From Verrucomicrobiota bacterium (GTDB lineage Bacteria > Verrucomicrobiota > Verrucomicrobiia > Opitutales > Seribacteraceae), in contig JAQBYT010000002.1 of the NCBI GenBank assembly GCA_027622665.1, forward strand, positions 32,001-96,000: a DNA stretch of 64,000 bases, in the 5' to 3' direction. Below, in pieces: positions 18,836 to 29,824 of this stretch (position 1 is the stretch's first letter; each line of letters starts with the position of its first letter). The translations under genes and the position numbers were made by a program. Under the pieces are notes generated by a model. The model was not told the DNA's origin. It saw only the letters and a program-made list of their open reading frames with translations, and ran no database searches.

Positions 18836-19270
18836 TTTCTCGGGATCTTTCGGAGGGTGCACGTGACGTCTTTCCGGGGTGTGCTCAATGCTCTCGCCGA
18901 GGCGATACACGAAGCCGCTACCGGTTTTGACGATGCCGTCGATGTAGGCATCGGTGCGGCGGAAATCATAGTTGCCAGGTAGCGATGGGTCGGCATCGGC
19001 GTCCGGGAATACGGTGTGAATATCGACGACGTCGGGGTTGGGCCAGTGGCCGTCGTGGAGGCGGATCAGTGGCGCTCCCAGCTCCTTGAATTGCTTCGAA
19101 AAGTCGAGCACGCCGCCGTATTGCAGCGGGCCGCAGTTGCCGCCGTGGAGCGGGCGGATGGTGCCGATCGGCTTCGCTCAATCGATTTCGAACTCCCCCG
19201 CCGAACCATTCGTGAGGCAAATAAGGTAGCAGAATCCACTCACGAAAAAACCACCCCGGCAAAGCCTCAC
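18836..19270 (-). pseudogene. Glycoside hydrolase (GH39-like) N-terminal fragment
   Basis: IRPLHGGNCGP, IRLHD, VDIH.VFPD..ADP...Y.F..TD, YRLGESIEH; in-frame TGA at 19178-19180; truncated by the IS end. Confidence 0.7.
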
Positions 19271-21780
19271 TTACGCGCCTCCCGATCTCGATCCACCACC
19301 TCACTCGGCAACAGCAGTTCGCACCCTCTGCGTGCTAGGTACGGAGGCACGGTCATGAGGAGGCGCTGTCCCTGAGACTTTTCAAACCGCCAGATCTTTC
19401 CGTCCATTCCATCGGGAACGGGGACGTTAAACCAACTTTCCTCGATGGTTCCAAAGTCGAGGGCGATCTCCCCATCCGGATTTACTAGCGTGCCTGAAAT
19501 GCGTGGCGCCCAGTTCGCGATGCGCGAGGCCCAACCGCCGATCACCTTGGTTCCTTTTGGGACGTAGAATACGAGCGTCCATTCGCCCCGGAAATGGCTC
19601 GTCACACCGGGGGAATCGATCCCCGATTCGATCGTAACCGGCATTCCTTCCGGCCAATTGATCCTCGTGTGATCCCCGCCGTCCACGGCCAGGATCCGGT
19701 GCAGGCCGGAGTAGGGCGTCTTCAGTTTCAAGGTGCGAGCCTTGCCGTCGGGCAGATAGCTTTCATCTTCGGCGACCGGTTTAAGCGAGACTTCTAACGG
19801 TGAGGACAGTGTCATCTTAGGATTGCGGTTTGCCCACACTTTCTGCACGGTAACTTCTAAGTCCAAAGCATTCGCCCCCTCCGCAATCCAGATGGCATAT
19901 TTTTGCTGGTCCTGGGGCGCCTGCGGAAATAAGCCGCCCGCCCCCGGCGCGAACTCGAGAGCCTCGGCGGCAGGGACCAATTCGTCACTAAACATCTTGC
20001 TAACGAAGCCCAGCTCCACCGGTTGATTGTTAGCGACGCCTTGCGCCAGGATCCGATCGAGATCTTTACGCAAAAATGGCGAGTCATCCTTGAGCGGGTG
20101 ATCCGCTGTCAAGGCGGCCTGCTGGTTGATGAGACGCGCCCAGAGCCCGTAGCTGTGAACCATCATCGTCCCGCGCATCCGATAGGCGTGCCGCGCCACG
20201 TCTTCGACCGATCCGTTCCCGGCGGCGAAGGCGTAATAGAGTTCGGCATGGCGGGTATATAAGATCAGGGCGTCGACCCTTTTCAAAACCGCCGGGTCAT
20301 CGGTCGCCGCACGCGCTTTCTCAAGTTGCCTATACATCCTGCCCAACAAGTCGGAAGGCGACCGGCGCTGCTGGTCCTCGGTAATCAGCGCATAGAAGAC
20401 TCCCATCGGCGCGCGGGCGCCTCCGAACGATTTGTCTAAGAAATCCGCCACGAGGAAGTCTACATCGCCGGCGTCGTCGATGTCCCAGAGCAGCCGGCTG
20501 GCGACGTGGTACCCGAGCCCACACGGCCCCCAACAATCACCGGATTCGGCGTCGTAAAAGCGCACGCCCTTCTTATAAATATGGGGTAAAAAACTCGCGA
20601 GGTAAGACGGGCGGGATGCTTTCCCTCCGCGCGGTAAATTCCAATCCCAGGCGACAACGGTCAAGTAATCGTAAACTCCCATGGTTGCACCCTGCGCCTG
20701 CCATCCATCGACGATCTGGTCAAAAGTGAAACCGCCGCGGATGAACGCAGTGGTGGCGCTAGGGATGACCTGCGAGTGGACATTGATGCTGGGCGGTGCG
20801 CTGTGCTCGTTGTAAGCATAGATGCCGACCGCTTTGGTTCCAAGATCGAGGTCATTGATAGCAGTGGCCACCTCATTTGCGAGGGTGACGACGCGGTCGC
20901 TCACGCTGCCGACGGCTTTGCATTTTTGGCACTCGCACCATCCGCCCCCGTCGCTGGGATCCATCGAAATGCTATCGAGCGCAGGCTGCGCCTTCATGGT
21001 GCGGACGGCGTGATCGACCACGAGCTTGCGTAGGTCGCCATTGCCAATACAGAATTTGGTATCACCCCCGCGGTACTCACGTTTCCCATTGACCTGGGCG
21101 TAGAATTCGGGATGGGCGTCGAAGGCGGCGCGGTTGGCGCTCCAGATGTTCCCATAGCTGTGCCCGCTGCTCAGCTCGAACCCTTTGACCGCCCGGTTGC
21201 GCCGGCACCATTGGTTGTAAGGTCCCTGGTTGTGATCCCAAAACCCCCAGTTGTACCAAATCCGACGGGCGTGGAATGAGGGCGACTCCCGGCGATCCAA
21301 CGCGATTCCGAGCTGCGGAGACTTTGGGACTATCTCCCAAGTTTCCCCAGGGAAATACTGCCGCACCCCGAGGCGGTAGAGCATGTCCCACACCGCATGA
21401 GAAACCGCAAGGTCGGTGGCTCCGATCAAAGTGACCCCGGCGGCATGGCTGCGGAGTATGTAGTCCTCACGCTCCAGGGCACCATCACCGAAGACGTCAG
21501 CTACCGGGGGCATTGGAAAGTCTGATGCGCACCCGACCGCGATGCCCGTTTTTCCATCGCCCACCGCTACCTCGAACTTCGCCCCTGAGATCCGTCCCAA
21601 AAAGTCGGCTAATTCCTTAGCCGATTCCTGATTCGCAGCGGATGCCACGGCCCCGATGATGACCTGCTGGAGCGCCACGCCGTCCCGCGCCAGTTCGCAG
21701 CGGGCGCCCTCTACTGCGTCTAACCCTGACACTCCGCCAAAACACCCGATCAGGCACGCAGTGAACGTTTTTAGAATCAC
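19267..21780 (-). CDS. DUF4838-type secreted protein
   Basis: Signal peptide; ELADFL.RISGA, GVRQYFPG..WE, HPEFYA, DGGGWCEC..C, YAY. Confidence 0.75.
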   Translation of the reverse strand: MILKTFTACLIGCFGGVSGLDAVEGARCELARDGVALQQVIIGAVASAANQESAKELADFLGRISGAKFEVAVGDGKTGIAVGCASDFPMPPVADVFGDGALEREDYILRSHAAGVTLIGATDLAVSHAVWDMLYRLGVRQYFPGETWEIVPKSPQLGIALDRRESPSFHARRIWYNWGFWDHNQGPYNQWCRRNRAVKGFELSSGHSYGNIWSANRAAFDAHPEFYAQVNGKREYRGGDTKFCIGNGDLRKLVVDHAVRTMKAQPALDSISMDPSDGGGWCECQKCKAVGSVSDRVVTLANEVATAINDLDLGTKAVGIYAYNEHSAPPSINVHSQVIPSATTAFIRGGFTFDQIVDGWQAQGATMGVYDYLTVVAWDWNLPRGGKASRPSYLASFLPHIYKKGVRFYDAESGDCWGPCGLGYHVASRLLWDIDDAGDVDFLVADFLDKSFGGARAPMGVFYALITEDQQRRSPSDLLGRMYRQLEKARAATDDPAVLKRVDALILYTRHAELYYAFAAGNGSVEDVARHAYRMRGTMMVHSYGLWARLINQQAALTADHPLKDDSPFLRKDLDRILAQGVANNQPVELGFVSKMFSDELVPAAEALEFAPGAGGLFPQAPQDQQKYAIWIAEGANALDLEVTVQKVWANRNPKMTLSSPLEVSLKPVAEDESYLPDGKARTLKLKTPYSGLHRILAVDGGDHTRINWPEGMPVTIESGIDSPGVTSHFRGEWTLVFYVPKGTKVIGGWASRIANWAPRISGTLVNPDGEIALDFGTIEESWFNVPVPDGMDGKIWRFEKSQGQRLLMTVPPYLARRGCELLLPSEVVDRDREARK

Positions 21781-21785
21781 AGTTT

Positions 21786-24149
21786 TTAATTTTTAATTTT
21801 CCGGTAAAGGAATGGTCGGCGGAAGATACCTCCAAAGTGGTGCGGGCAGTAGCCCCGCAGGGTAATGGTGTTTTTACCTGCTGTCAGCTTTCCGGTGAGA
21901 TCGACATCCCACTCGAATCTGTAGTCATTTCGCCACCACGGCTCGCTAAAATCGCGGTAGCCGATGAGCTGGCCGTTCACGTAGAGCCAGCACTCGTTGA
22001 ACAGGCCGGGGAACATCAGGTGGATCGGCCCTTCTGTCTGCGCCGCATTCAGCTCAAGCGGTGTCTGATACCAGTAGTGCCCAGTGTAGCTTTGATAGTC
22101 GGAATGCCTCACCCCTTGGCCTTGCAAGTAAATGTCGGTTCGGAGCATTTCCCAGACGGTCGGGTAATCCTTCCGCCCCGCCATAGATATCGCCGATCCC
22201 TGCTTCTCCCAATAGGACAGATCCGCCTCCTGGTAGCCCCAGCCGCGGGCGAGTCCGGTATCGTGCGGGTCGCGCCGGAACGCCCATTCGAGCGGCGTTT
22301 TGGCAACGAGCGTTCCGCTGGTCCCATCAGTCAGGGCGGCAAGCGATTTCATCTGCTCGACCTCGCCCGGCCACCACGCGGCGCCGTGCTCACCGATGTT
22401 CTTGTAAGTCGTGAAGGTTGCATTGATCGCGGTCAGTTTGTCCCTCGTGGCCAAGCCCATTCCTCCCGCTTGCGCGGCGGCCTGATAATCGCAATCACCG
22501 GCACCTTTGTGCACCATCGACATGTATTGCTCCAGCAACTCGAAGCAGAGACGGGTAAACTCGTTCCGCTCTAGAAACAGCTCATCGTTCCTTGTCGGAC
22601 CCTTCTTGCCGCGGAGCGGAGCGAGCCGTTTCTCCGCCTCGGCGAGCTGCACTTTGAGCTTGGCTAAGAGCTGCGGAGTATAAATCGCTGGAGCGACAAA
22701 GTATTCGTGCTCGGTCACGAGCGTCTCGTCCCAGGCGGCATAGATAGCGTTCCAATACTGCGTCATCGGCTCCGCCGCCGGGCCGTAGAACTTTGGATAG
22801 AACTCGGCGAGTAGGACATCGGTATCGGCGTCTGGATCCCACATCAGCTGTCCGCGGAAGAACAGATTGAGGAAGGTCGTCGCGGTAGCGCCACGGCTCT
22901 CGGTGCCTACGCCGAGAACGCCCGCCTTCCGGTAGTGCTTCACATCTTCGGCAAAGACCTGGTGCGATGGGTTCGGGATATCCCGCCAGACCAGCTGACC
23001 CTGATCGTAGTCGTAGATAGCCAACCGGCCATCGACGAGTTCCGCCCAACGATAGAGCATCTCCCGGAATTCCTGCCTCGGGGGCGAATTTGGGTCGTCC
23101 ATGTCGTGATTCGGATCGATATCGATCGGCGCGAGCCACATGACCACGTTGGGCTCAATGTTCGTCACCTGCTGCGGAGGGATCGTCACATTGGCGTAGG
23201 CCATCGCGCCGATCTTCGTCTTGCTCGCCGGATGCCTTTCACGGAGGATACGCGCCACATTGTTATAGAGCGTCATCATGGCGTCGGTGTTCGAGGGCTG
23301 GAGCGCGAACTTGTCATATATCCCCGCCTGCAGGGCGATGTCGCTAGCAGAGTCATTGACGTAGTTGCCATCTTCGATCGCGAGAGAGATGCCGGGTGTC
23401 GTCCCTTTGGCATATTCCTCGTCGAGTTGTTCCGCGATGGACTTGGCGGTGGCATCTTCGGCGAGGGGGACGTTGAAAATCGATCTCCCCTCGGGCCTTA
23501 GCTTTTCGGTGTATTTCGCGAGTGCGTGCCCCATCCCGGCGAAACTCGTTTCGGTCATGAAATTACGCCGGCGGAATTCGTTCGCCCCGGTGCTGTCGCC
23601 ATTCCAACTGAGCCAGTAGTGTCGGATCTCAAAGGGCGGGGCGTAGGCGAAATCAATATCTCCGAGTTTCAGTTCTGCGTGCGAAGGGATACACTCGCCG
23701 ATCTCGGTCGGAAGATACCAACGGCAGCCCCAGTCATGGAGCAGCCGGGCGACAGCGAAGTAGTGGGAATCGTCATTGGTCCCTGCAAGATAGACCGAGC
23801 GTCCGTCCCGCCGGACCACGATGGCATCCGCCCGGATCAAGGGGTCCGGTTTAGCCACTTTATTGAGCTCCAGTTGCAGTTTGGGATCGGCCGCCAATGC
23901 CGCCGCGCCCACAAAGAGGTTCGGCCCAGCGCCCGCCACTGCCGCCAGTTCTACTTTGGCCCCCGTCATCAATTCGATGTAATGCACGAGGTCTTCGCTC
24001 GCCCGTTTTTCCCATCGACCGGAATCGGCAGCGACGACGACGGTGGCCTCCGTCTTTGCGCCGGCAGCGATCACGAGGTCGGCGGCTCCTGCCAGCGGCG
24101 CTGACGCGAATAGCAAGAGAAGTAGAATCGGACAAATAGGAATTCGCAT
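21786..24149 (-). CDS. DUF4838-type secreted protein with C-terminal galactose-binding-like domain
   Basis: Signal peptide; GCRWYLP..GE.IP, MAYAN...PP; C-terminal YTGHYWY...LYVNG...G.N.I...GGIFR. Confidence 0.75.
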   Translation of the reverse strand: MRIPICPILLLLLFASAPLAGAADLVIAAGAKTEATVVVAADSGRWEKRASEDLVHYIELMTGAKVELAAVAGAGPNLFVGAAALAADPKLQLELNKVAKPDPLIRADAIVVRRDGRSVYLAGTNDDSHYFAVARLLHDWGCRWYLPTEIGECIPSHAELKLGDIDFAYAPPFEIRHYWLSWNGDSTGANEFRRRNFMTETSFAGMGHALAKYTEKLRPEGRSIFNVPLAEDATAKSIAEQLDEEYAKGTTPGISLAIEDGNYVNDSASDIALQAGIYDKFALQPSNTDAMMTLYNNVARILRERHPASKTKIGAMAYANVTIPPQQVTNIEPNVVMWLAPIDIDPNHDMDDPNSPPRQEFREMLYRWAELVDGRLAIYDYDQGQLVWRDIPNPSHQVFAEDVKHYRKAGVLGVGTESRGATATTFLNLFFRGQLMWDPDADTDVLLAEFYPKFYGPAAEPMTQYWNAIYAAWDETLVTEHEYFVAPAIYTPQLLAKLKVQLAEAEKRLAPLRGKKGPTRNDELFLERNEFTRLCFELLEQYMSMVHKGAGDCDYQAAAQAGGMGLATRDKLTAINATFTTYKNIGEHGAAWWPGEVEQMKSLAALTDGTSGTLVAKTPLEWAFRRDPHDTGLARGWGYQEADLSYWEKQGSAISMAGRKDYPTVWEMLRTDIYLQGQGVRHSDYQSYTGHYWYQTPLELNAAQTEGPIHLMFPGLFNECWLYVNGQLIGYRDFSEPWWRNDYRFEWDVDLTGKLTAGKNTITLRGYCPHHFGGIFRRPFLYRKIKN

Positions 24150-24326
24150 GTGGGGTGATTAAGGGCTCAATTCGGGTTTAGCAAAGCGAAAACAGGCGAT
24201 TTTGAGCAGGTGTAGAGTCCTGAGATGCAAAGCGTAAAGCCAGAAATCCACTAGCGGATCGGTTGCGAGAGCGTTGCCGACACCAGACCGGTGTCCCGGG
24301 AGAGGACTGCCTTGACACCCGCCGCT

Positions 24327-25421
24327 GGCGCTAGCGCAAACTTTGGGCGTTAGAGCCCGATGAGCTTCAAATCACCAGACAACAAACTACTGCACAGACT
24401 CCTCGGTTTCAAGAACCTCCGCATCACGGACCACCAATTGTGCCCCGGCAAGGGCGTGCTCAAGCTTCTAGTCAAGCCCTACAAAAACGGTGCGCAGTGC
24501 CCCCATTGCCAGCGCCGCTGCAAGGTGCTAAAGCGTAGCGCAAAGCAGGCCGCCCGCGACGCGAGAGTATGGCGCGATATCCCCGCCAGCGGCCTAGCTG
24601 TCACCCTCACCTACTGCCCGCGCGAGATCATCTTCCCGACCCACGGCCGCGACCAAGAAGACATCCTCTGGGCAGTCTCGCACAGCCGCAACACGCTGCG
24701 TTTCGACTTCAAAGTGATGCGGATGTGCAAAGTCATGACCCAGAAAGAAGCCGCCGCCCAGCTCGGCGTCCCCGCCTCGACCCTGTCCGACATGCTCCAC
24801 CACAGCGTCGCCCGCTACCGTAGCGGCCACAAGCTACGGGGCCTAAAAAACCTAGGAATCGACGAGATATCCTACAAGAAAGGCCACCGCTACCTAACAG
24901 TCGTCTACGACCTCGACCGGAGCCACGTCGTGTGGGTCGGGGAGGGCAAAGGGCGCAAGACTATCGACCGCTTCTTCACCGAGGTGATGAGCAAGGGGCA
25001 GCGCTCGCGGGTGGAGGGAGCCTGCTGCGACATGAGCCGCACCTACATCGGCGCCATCGAAGACCACCTGCCAAACGCCTTACTCGTACTCGACCGCTTC
25101 CACGTCGTCAAAGCCCTCAACGAGGCCGTCGACGAGGTGCGCGAAGAAGTGTGGAGGGCCGCGTCAAAAGCCGAGAGCAAAGGGATCAAAGGCCTGGGCT
25201 TCATCATCCTGAAAAACAAGAAGAACCGCAGCCGTCGCGAGCACAAGATCGTGGCAGAGCTCGGGCGCAGCCACCGCCGGATAGCCCGCGCCTGCGAGCT
25301 CAAAGACGAGCTCGCCCACTTATGGGAATACCGCCAGCTTGGTAGCGCGCTGAAGTTCCTGAAGGGGTGGAAGAAGCGCGTGAAGCTCAGCAGGATCGAG
25401 CCGTTGAGGAAGTTCGCCCGC
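24327..25421 (+). mobile_element. Truncated ISL3-family element (transposase from 24360)
   Basis: CPHC zinc ribbon, LGIDEISYKKGH.Y.T, CCDMS, DRFHVVK; possible left end GGCGCTAGCGCAAA at 24327; fused to a sulfatase fragment. Confidence 0.85.
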
Positions 25422-26733
25422 ATTCGCCAAACGGGCCCGCGAGGACATTCTTTCCTTCTCCGAAGGGGACAAACCATTCTTCCTTTATATTCCGCTCACC
25501 TCGCCGCATTCGCCGGTCGTTCCCAACAAGCCGTTCCAAGGAAAGACGAGCATTGGCAGCTATGGCGACTTCGTGGTCGAGACCGACTGGGTGGTCGGCC
25601 AAGTGATGAAGGCGGTCGACGACGCGAAGATAAAGGACAAGACCCTTTTCTTGTTCGCGACCGACAACGGAGCCGCCCAATTCAGTCGCAAGACCAAGGG
25701 CGGGAAAACGCATCTTTCCTCCGGACCGTACCGCGGACGCAAAAGGGATAACTGGGAAGGGGGCCATCGCGTCCCCTTCATCGCTCGTTGGCCCGGGTTG
25801 GTGGAGCCCAATACCTTTTCCTCCACCGTCCTTTGCCTGACCGACTTCACCCGCACCCTGGTGGCCGTCGCAGGGGGTGAAGTCGCCCGCCATGACGTGG
25901 CCGAGGCCCTGGTTCAGAGCGACCGCTTGAAGCTGCTGAGCAATGGTCACCTGATGAGGTCGATCCAGGAAGACAAACACGGAAATCTTACTGGGCTCAT
26001 CCCGGCGTCCGAACAACTCTCCGGCAGTGAAAAGGAGCGTCTTGCAACAATCCTCTACAACTCGTTCCGGCCGGCCTTGGTCACCCGTTGCAGCACACTT
26101 GACAAAGGAGCCACGGAACGCGCTCTTGAACAGATCGTTCAGTTGGCCCGCTTGAAGAATAAGAACATCGGCTGGCAGCCGATCGGCGGCCCTGAGCATG
26201 CCAAACGCCTCTGGCGCTTCCGATCGTTCAATCCTGAGAAGGAGGGACTTAGTTCCACGGATCTAAAGTCCGTCACGCTCCTCCCCGGACTGAAAGGATG
26301 GTTCAATCCGGAGTTTGACGACAGCCAATGGCCGATCGGCACGGCGTCGATCGGCAAAGGCTTCTTCAAGGCCTACGGGAGGCACCCGGGCAAATCCTAT
26401 CAGACGAACAACTCCAACTGGGGCGAGGGTGAGGTCCTGGCCACGCGCACGGAGACCACAATCGGTGAAGCTGAACTTGGACATGACACTTACCGCGTAC
26501 GCATCCTGTCGCCGCACGAATGTTTCGTCTATCTGAACGGCAGGGGCCTGGGCGGCTTCCGTGGAGCACAGCAGCCCCAGTACAGAAGCTTCACGATCAC
26601 CCCGAAGCTCTTCAGGAAGGGCAAGAACACTCTCGCAGTCTATGCAAGGACGATGCATTACAAGGGAAAGACATTCTGCCGGATGGACATCCATTTTGAA
26701 GGCTTGAGCAAGGAGGATATCGGCTTGGACTGA
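25422..26733 (+). pseudogene. Chimera: internal sulfatase fragment fused in frame (near 25890) to an unrelated C-terminal jelly-roll-like region
   Basis: KPFFLY.PLTSPH.P, YGDFV.ETD, TDNG, WEGGHRVPFIARWPG; then FDDSQW..G, VYLNG, GKNTLAVY. Confidence 0.7.
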
Positions 26734-26741
26734 GATAATGT

Positions 26742-26777
26742 TAACGAATATAACGAATATAACGAATATAACGAAAG
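26742..26777 (+). repeat. 9-bp tandem repeat (TAACGAATA)x3 + TAACGAAAG
   Basis: Read directly, just upstream of the RBS. Confidence 0.9.
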
Positions 26778-26794
26778 TAAAAGGAGAAGGAATA

Positions 26795-27817
26795 ATGAAC
26801 AGACCAGCACTTACAATCAGTTGTTTAATTGGGTTATTTTGCACAATCGGGACAAGCACCCAAGCCAAAGAAATCAAGGTCTTCATCCTGGCCGGCCAGT
26901 CGAACATGGTGGGCCACGGTAAAGTCGAACAGGGCAGGAGTCCCGATTACGACAAGAACGACAAGGAAACGCACCGCGAAGTCAAGGGCGGCATCGGTTC
27001 CCTGCGACATCTGGCGACCGACCCAAAGACGGCTCCCAAGTACAAACATCTACTGGACGCCAAAGGCAACTGGGTGGTCCGCGACGACACGTGGATCTAC
27101 TCGACCGCCACTGGCGGAGGGAACAAGGACCAGCAAGGTAAATTGACCGTTGGCTTCGGCGCCGGGGTCTGGTTTGGACCCGAGTTCGCATTTGGGCATG
27201 TCGTGGGCGACGCGTTGGACGAGCCCGTGCTGATCATCAAGACCTCGTGGGGCGGCCATTCGCTCGGCGTCAAGTTCCGGTCGCCGTCTTCCGGACAACC
27301 GACTTACACGAAGGGCAAATTCAAACCCGAAGACGTGGGGTCATCGTATCGTGAGATGTTGAAGGTTATCAAAGAGGTCTGCGGGAATATGGAAACGCAC
27401 TTCCCCGAGTTGAAGGGATACAAGCCTAAATTTGCCGGTTTCGGTTGGCACCAGGGCTGGAACGACGGCACCGAGGAAATGACCGCTGAATACGAAAAGA
27501 ACATGGCAAACTTCATCAAAGACGTGCGCAAAGATCTCAAAGCCAAGGACCTGCCCTTCGTGATCGCGACGTCCGGAATGATTGGCCTGAAAGCAACCGG
27601 AGTCAGGGCCAAACTTTGCGAGATTCAGATGGCGATGGGTGATCCGAAGAAACACCCGGAGTTCGCGGGAACCGTGGCGTCGGTGGAAACACGTAGTTTC
27701 AAAAGGGAGACCCCATCACACTTCGGCTACCACTGGAACCACAGCGGCGAAAGCCATTATCTGATCGGCGACGCCATGGGCACGGCAATGATCAACCTAT
27801 TAAAGGAACCCAAGTAG
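26795..27817 (+). CDS. Sialate O-acetylesterase (SASA) family esterase
   Basis: AGQSNM, GPE, IKTSWGG, WHQGWND, YHW; RBS AAGGAG. Confidence 0.85.
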   Translation: MNRPALTISCLIGLFCTIGTSTQAKEIKVFILAGQSNMVGHGKVEQGRSPDYDKNDKETHREVKGGIGSLRHLATDPKTAPKYKHLLDAKGNWVVRDDTWIYSTATGGGNKDQQGKLTVGFGAGVWFGPEFAFGHVVGDALDEPVLIIKTSWGGHSLGVKFRSPSSGQPTYTKGKFKPEDVGSSYREMLKVIKEVCGNMETHFPELKGYKPKFAGFGWHQGWNDGTEEMTAEYEKNMANFIKDVRKDLKAKDLPFVIATSGMIGLKATGVRAKLCEIQMAMGDPKKHPEFAGTVASVETRSFKRETPSHFGYHWNHSGESHYLIGDAMGTAMINLLKEPK

Positions 27818-27907
27818 GAAATGAACAAGACAAATATACCTGAATCGAGCAGAGTGACCATTGTTTTCCTAAAGGCAACCTTAACGAAATGGTAAGGAGA
27901 AGGAATA

Positions 27908-28882
27908 ATGAATAGAGTAGTAGTTACAATCAGTTGTTTGATTGCTTTGTTTTGCACAATCGAGACAAGCACCCACGCCAAGGAAGTCCCGGGCAAAGGT
28001 CCGGTCAAAGTCTTCATCATGGCAGGCCAGTCCAACATGGAGGGACATGGCAAGAGCATCCATATAAAGATGGCGGCCGAAGACGAGAAAACACGCGCGG
28101 AATTCTCCCCTCTCTTGAACGGAGAAGACTATGCCGTGCGCAAAGATGTTTGGATCACCTGGGGAAGCAAACGCCAAGGAGAACTATCCATTGGTTGGGG
28201 GGCGGAATATGGGCGAGACGGAAAGGGGAAAGTCGGAACAGAACTTGGTTTCGGCTGGCAAATGGGCGAGCTTCTCGATGAACAGGTGTTGTTGATCAAA
28301 TGGGCTGCAGGAGGGCATAGCCTCAAGAAGAATTTCCTGCCTCCCAGTGCGGGAGGTCCTTTAGAAAGTTACACTCTAATGGTCGATGAGGTCCACAGAG
28401 TTCTGGATAACTTGAAGACCATCTATCCTGACTACGACGAGAAGTTGGGCTATGAGATCGTGGGGCTTGTCTGGTTCCAGGCTTGGAATGACCTGTGTGA
28501 TGGTTCACAGTGGAAGGAGAAACCGCATTATAAGTCATACAATGAGAGGCAAGCAGCATTGTTGCGGGATCTGAGAAAAGAGTTCAAGGCTCCGGAGATG
28601 CTTATGGTTATTGGCGAACTCGGCGCAGGCAGCCCGACGCATCAGAAGCACGTGGCTTTTCGCGAAACTCAGCGAGCCATGACCCTTACAGATGAATTCG
28701 AAAATACCACCCGCTCCGTGCCAACGCTCCCATTTTGGGATATCGACCCACGTTTCAGATCAAACCAAGACTTTCATTACAGAGGCAATGGAAAGACATA
28801 CTACTTCATAGGGAAAGCCATGGCACTAGCGATGTCCGAACTACTGCAAACGCAGGCTAGTTGGACCCCGTCCGAACGTTAA
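27908..28882 (+). CDS. SASA family esterase paralogue
   Basis: AGQSNM, G.E.GFG, WFQAWND, FHY. Confidence 0.85.
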   Translation: MNRVVVTISCLIALFCTIETSTHAKEVPGKGPVKVFIMAGQSNMEGHGKSIHIKMAAEDEKTRAEFSPLLNGEDYAVRKDVWITWGSKRQGELSIGWGAEYGRDGKGKVGTELGFGWQMGELLDEQVLLIKWAAGGHSLKKNFLPPSAGGPLESYTLMVDEVHRVLDNLKTIYPDYDEKLGYEIVGLVWFQAWNDLCDGSQWKEKPHYKSYNERQAALLRDLRKEFKAPEMLMVIGELGAGSPTHQKHVAFRETQRAMTLTDEFENTTRSVPTLPFWDIDPRFRSNQDFHYRGNGKTYYFIGKAMALAMSELLQTQASWTPSER

Positions 28883-28998
28883 GCGCACGGACGGAGACTA
28901 CCCGCAGTTCGTGTGGCGCGCCGTGGTTGGCATTCCTCTTTTGCGGCAACTGTGTTGCGCGTACCATGACGCAAAGGTCTCGCACCGTCAACTCCCGC

Positions 28999-29082
28999 AC
29001 CCCAACGGGGTAGCCCTACGATAGCCCAGGGTCAGTGCCTCACCGAAGCCCCTGGCGACGGCGACCGGCACGCAGCCCTGGG
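28999..29082. repeat. REP-like palindromic element
   Basis: ACCCC-AAC-GGGGT hairpin followed by CCCAGGG..GTGCC / GGCAC..CCCTGGG arms. Confidence 0.5.
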
Positions 29083-29089
29083 GGAAGGC

Positions 29090-29824
29090 CGGCGCGGCCA
29101 GTGCGTCCAAGGGCGCGGCGGTATTCAGCAAGGACAACGGCTACGTCAGCGTTATCCACATGGACGGTGCGCTGAAGAACGAGCTTGGCGCGGTTACGCT
29201 TGAGGACAAGGGCACGACGAAGGCCCCCGGGGCCATCGGCGAGGGGCGCAGCTTCACTCGCGGCAAGGGAATCGACTGCGGCAAGAAGATTACGAGCTAC
29301 CCCTACAGTGGCAACTCGTTCACATCGGAAGCCTGGTTCCGTGCCGAACCTGAAGCCGCTGGATCAAAGATTCTCTACTGGGGCAGATATGCGAAGAGGT
29401 ACAACGGTAAAACCGGTGACGGCAATGAGGTGGGCATAGGCATCGCTTCGCCGCCGGTCCTGGGTTGGGCTTCAGACGGTCCTGGAGGCACCCGGGCAGA
29501 GGATCCATACGTACTCGGCCCATGGACTCATGTGGCGGCCACCTACGAAAATGGAACCAGCCGTATATATGTGAATGGAAAGCTGAGCGGGAGCCGTAGC
29601 CGTTCCTCCAAAAGGGCGACGATGTCGATCGTGCAGAACATCTGCATGGATATCGGAGGCTAGCGCGGCCGAAACTACGCGTTTGTCGGCGACATTGACG
29701 AGGTCCGCGTATCCAGCGTCGCGCGTTCGGCCGATTGGATGAAGCTGCAGTATGAGAATCAGAATGGCCAGCAGACGCTGGTCGGGCCGTTGGTACAGAA
29801 GGGCACGACGTTCGCTGTCTCGCA
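29090..29824 (+). pseudogene. LamG/concanavalin A-like domain fragment with in-frame TAG at 29661
   Basis: WTHVAATY...IYVNG; past the stop, F.GDIDEVRVS..ARSADW.KL.YENQ. Confidence 0.7.

Noticed and set aside
24360..25751. Full-length 463-aa ISL3 transposase
   Set aside because: Similarity ends near 25421; the tail is an off-frame reading of a sulfatase fragment.
26738..26794. NIT-repeat N-terminal extension on the esterase
   Set aside because: The RBS and the paralogue alignment place the start at 26795, so the repeat is upstream DNA.
1268..29663. Stop-codon reassignment or readthrough suggested by in-frame stops at 1268, 2564, 7441, 19178 and 29661
   Set aside because: All three stop types are involved, and all three terminate intact genes elsewhere; single nonsense mutations in decaying DNA explain them.
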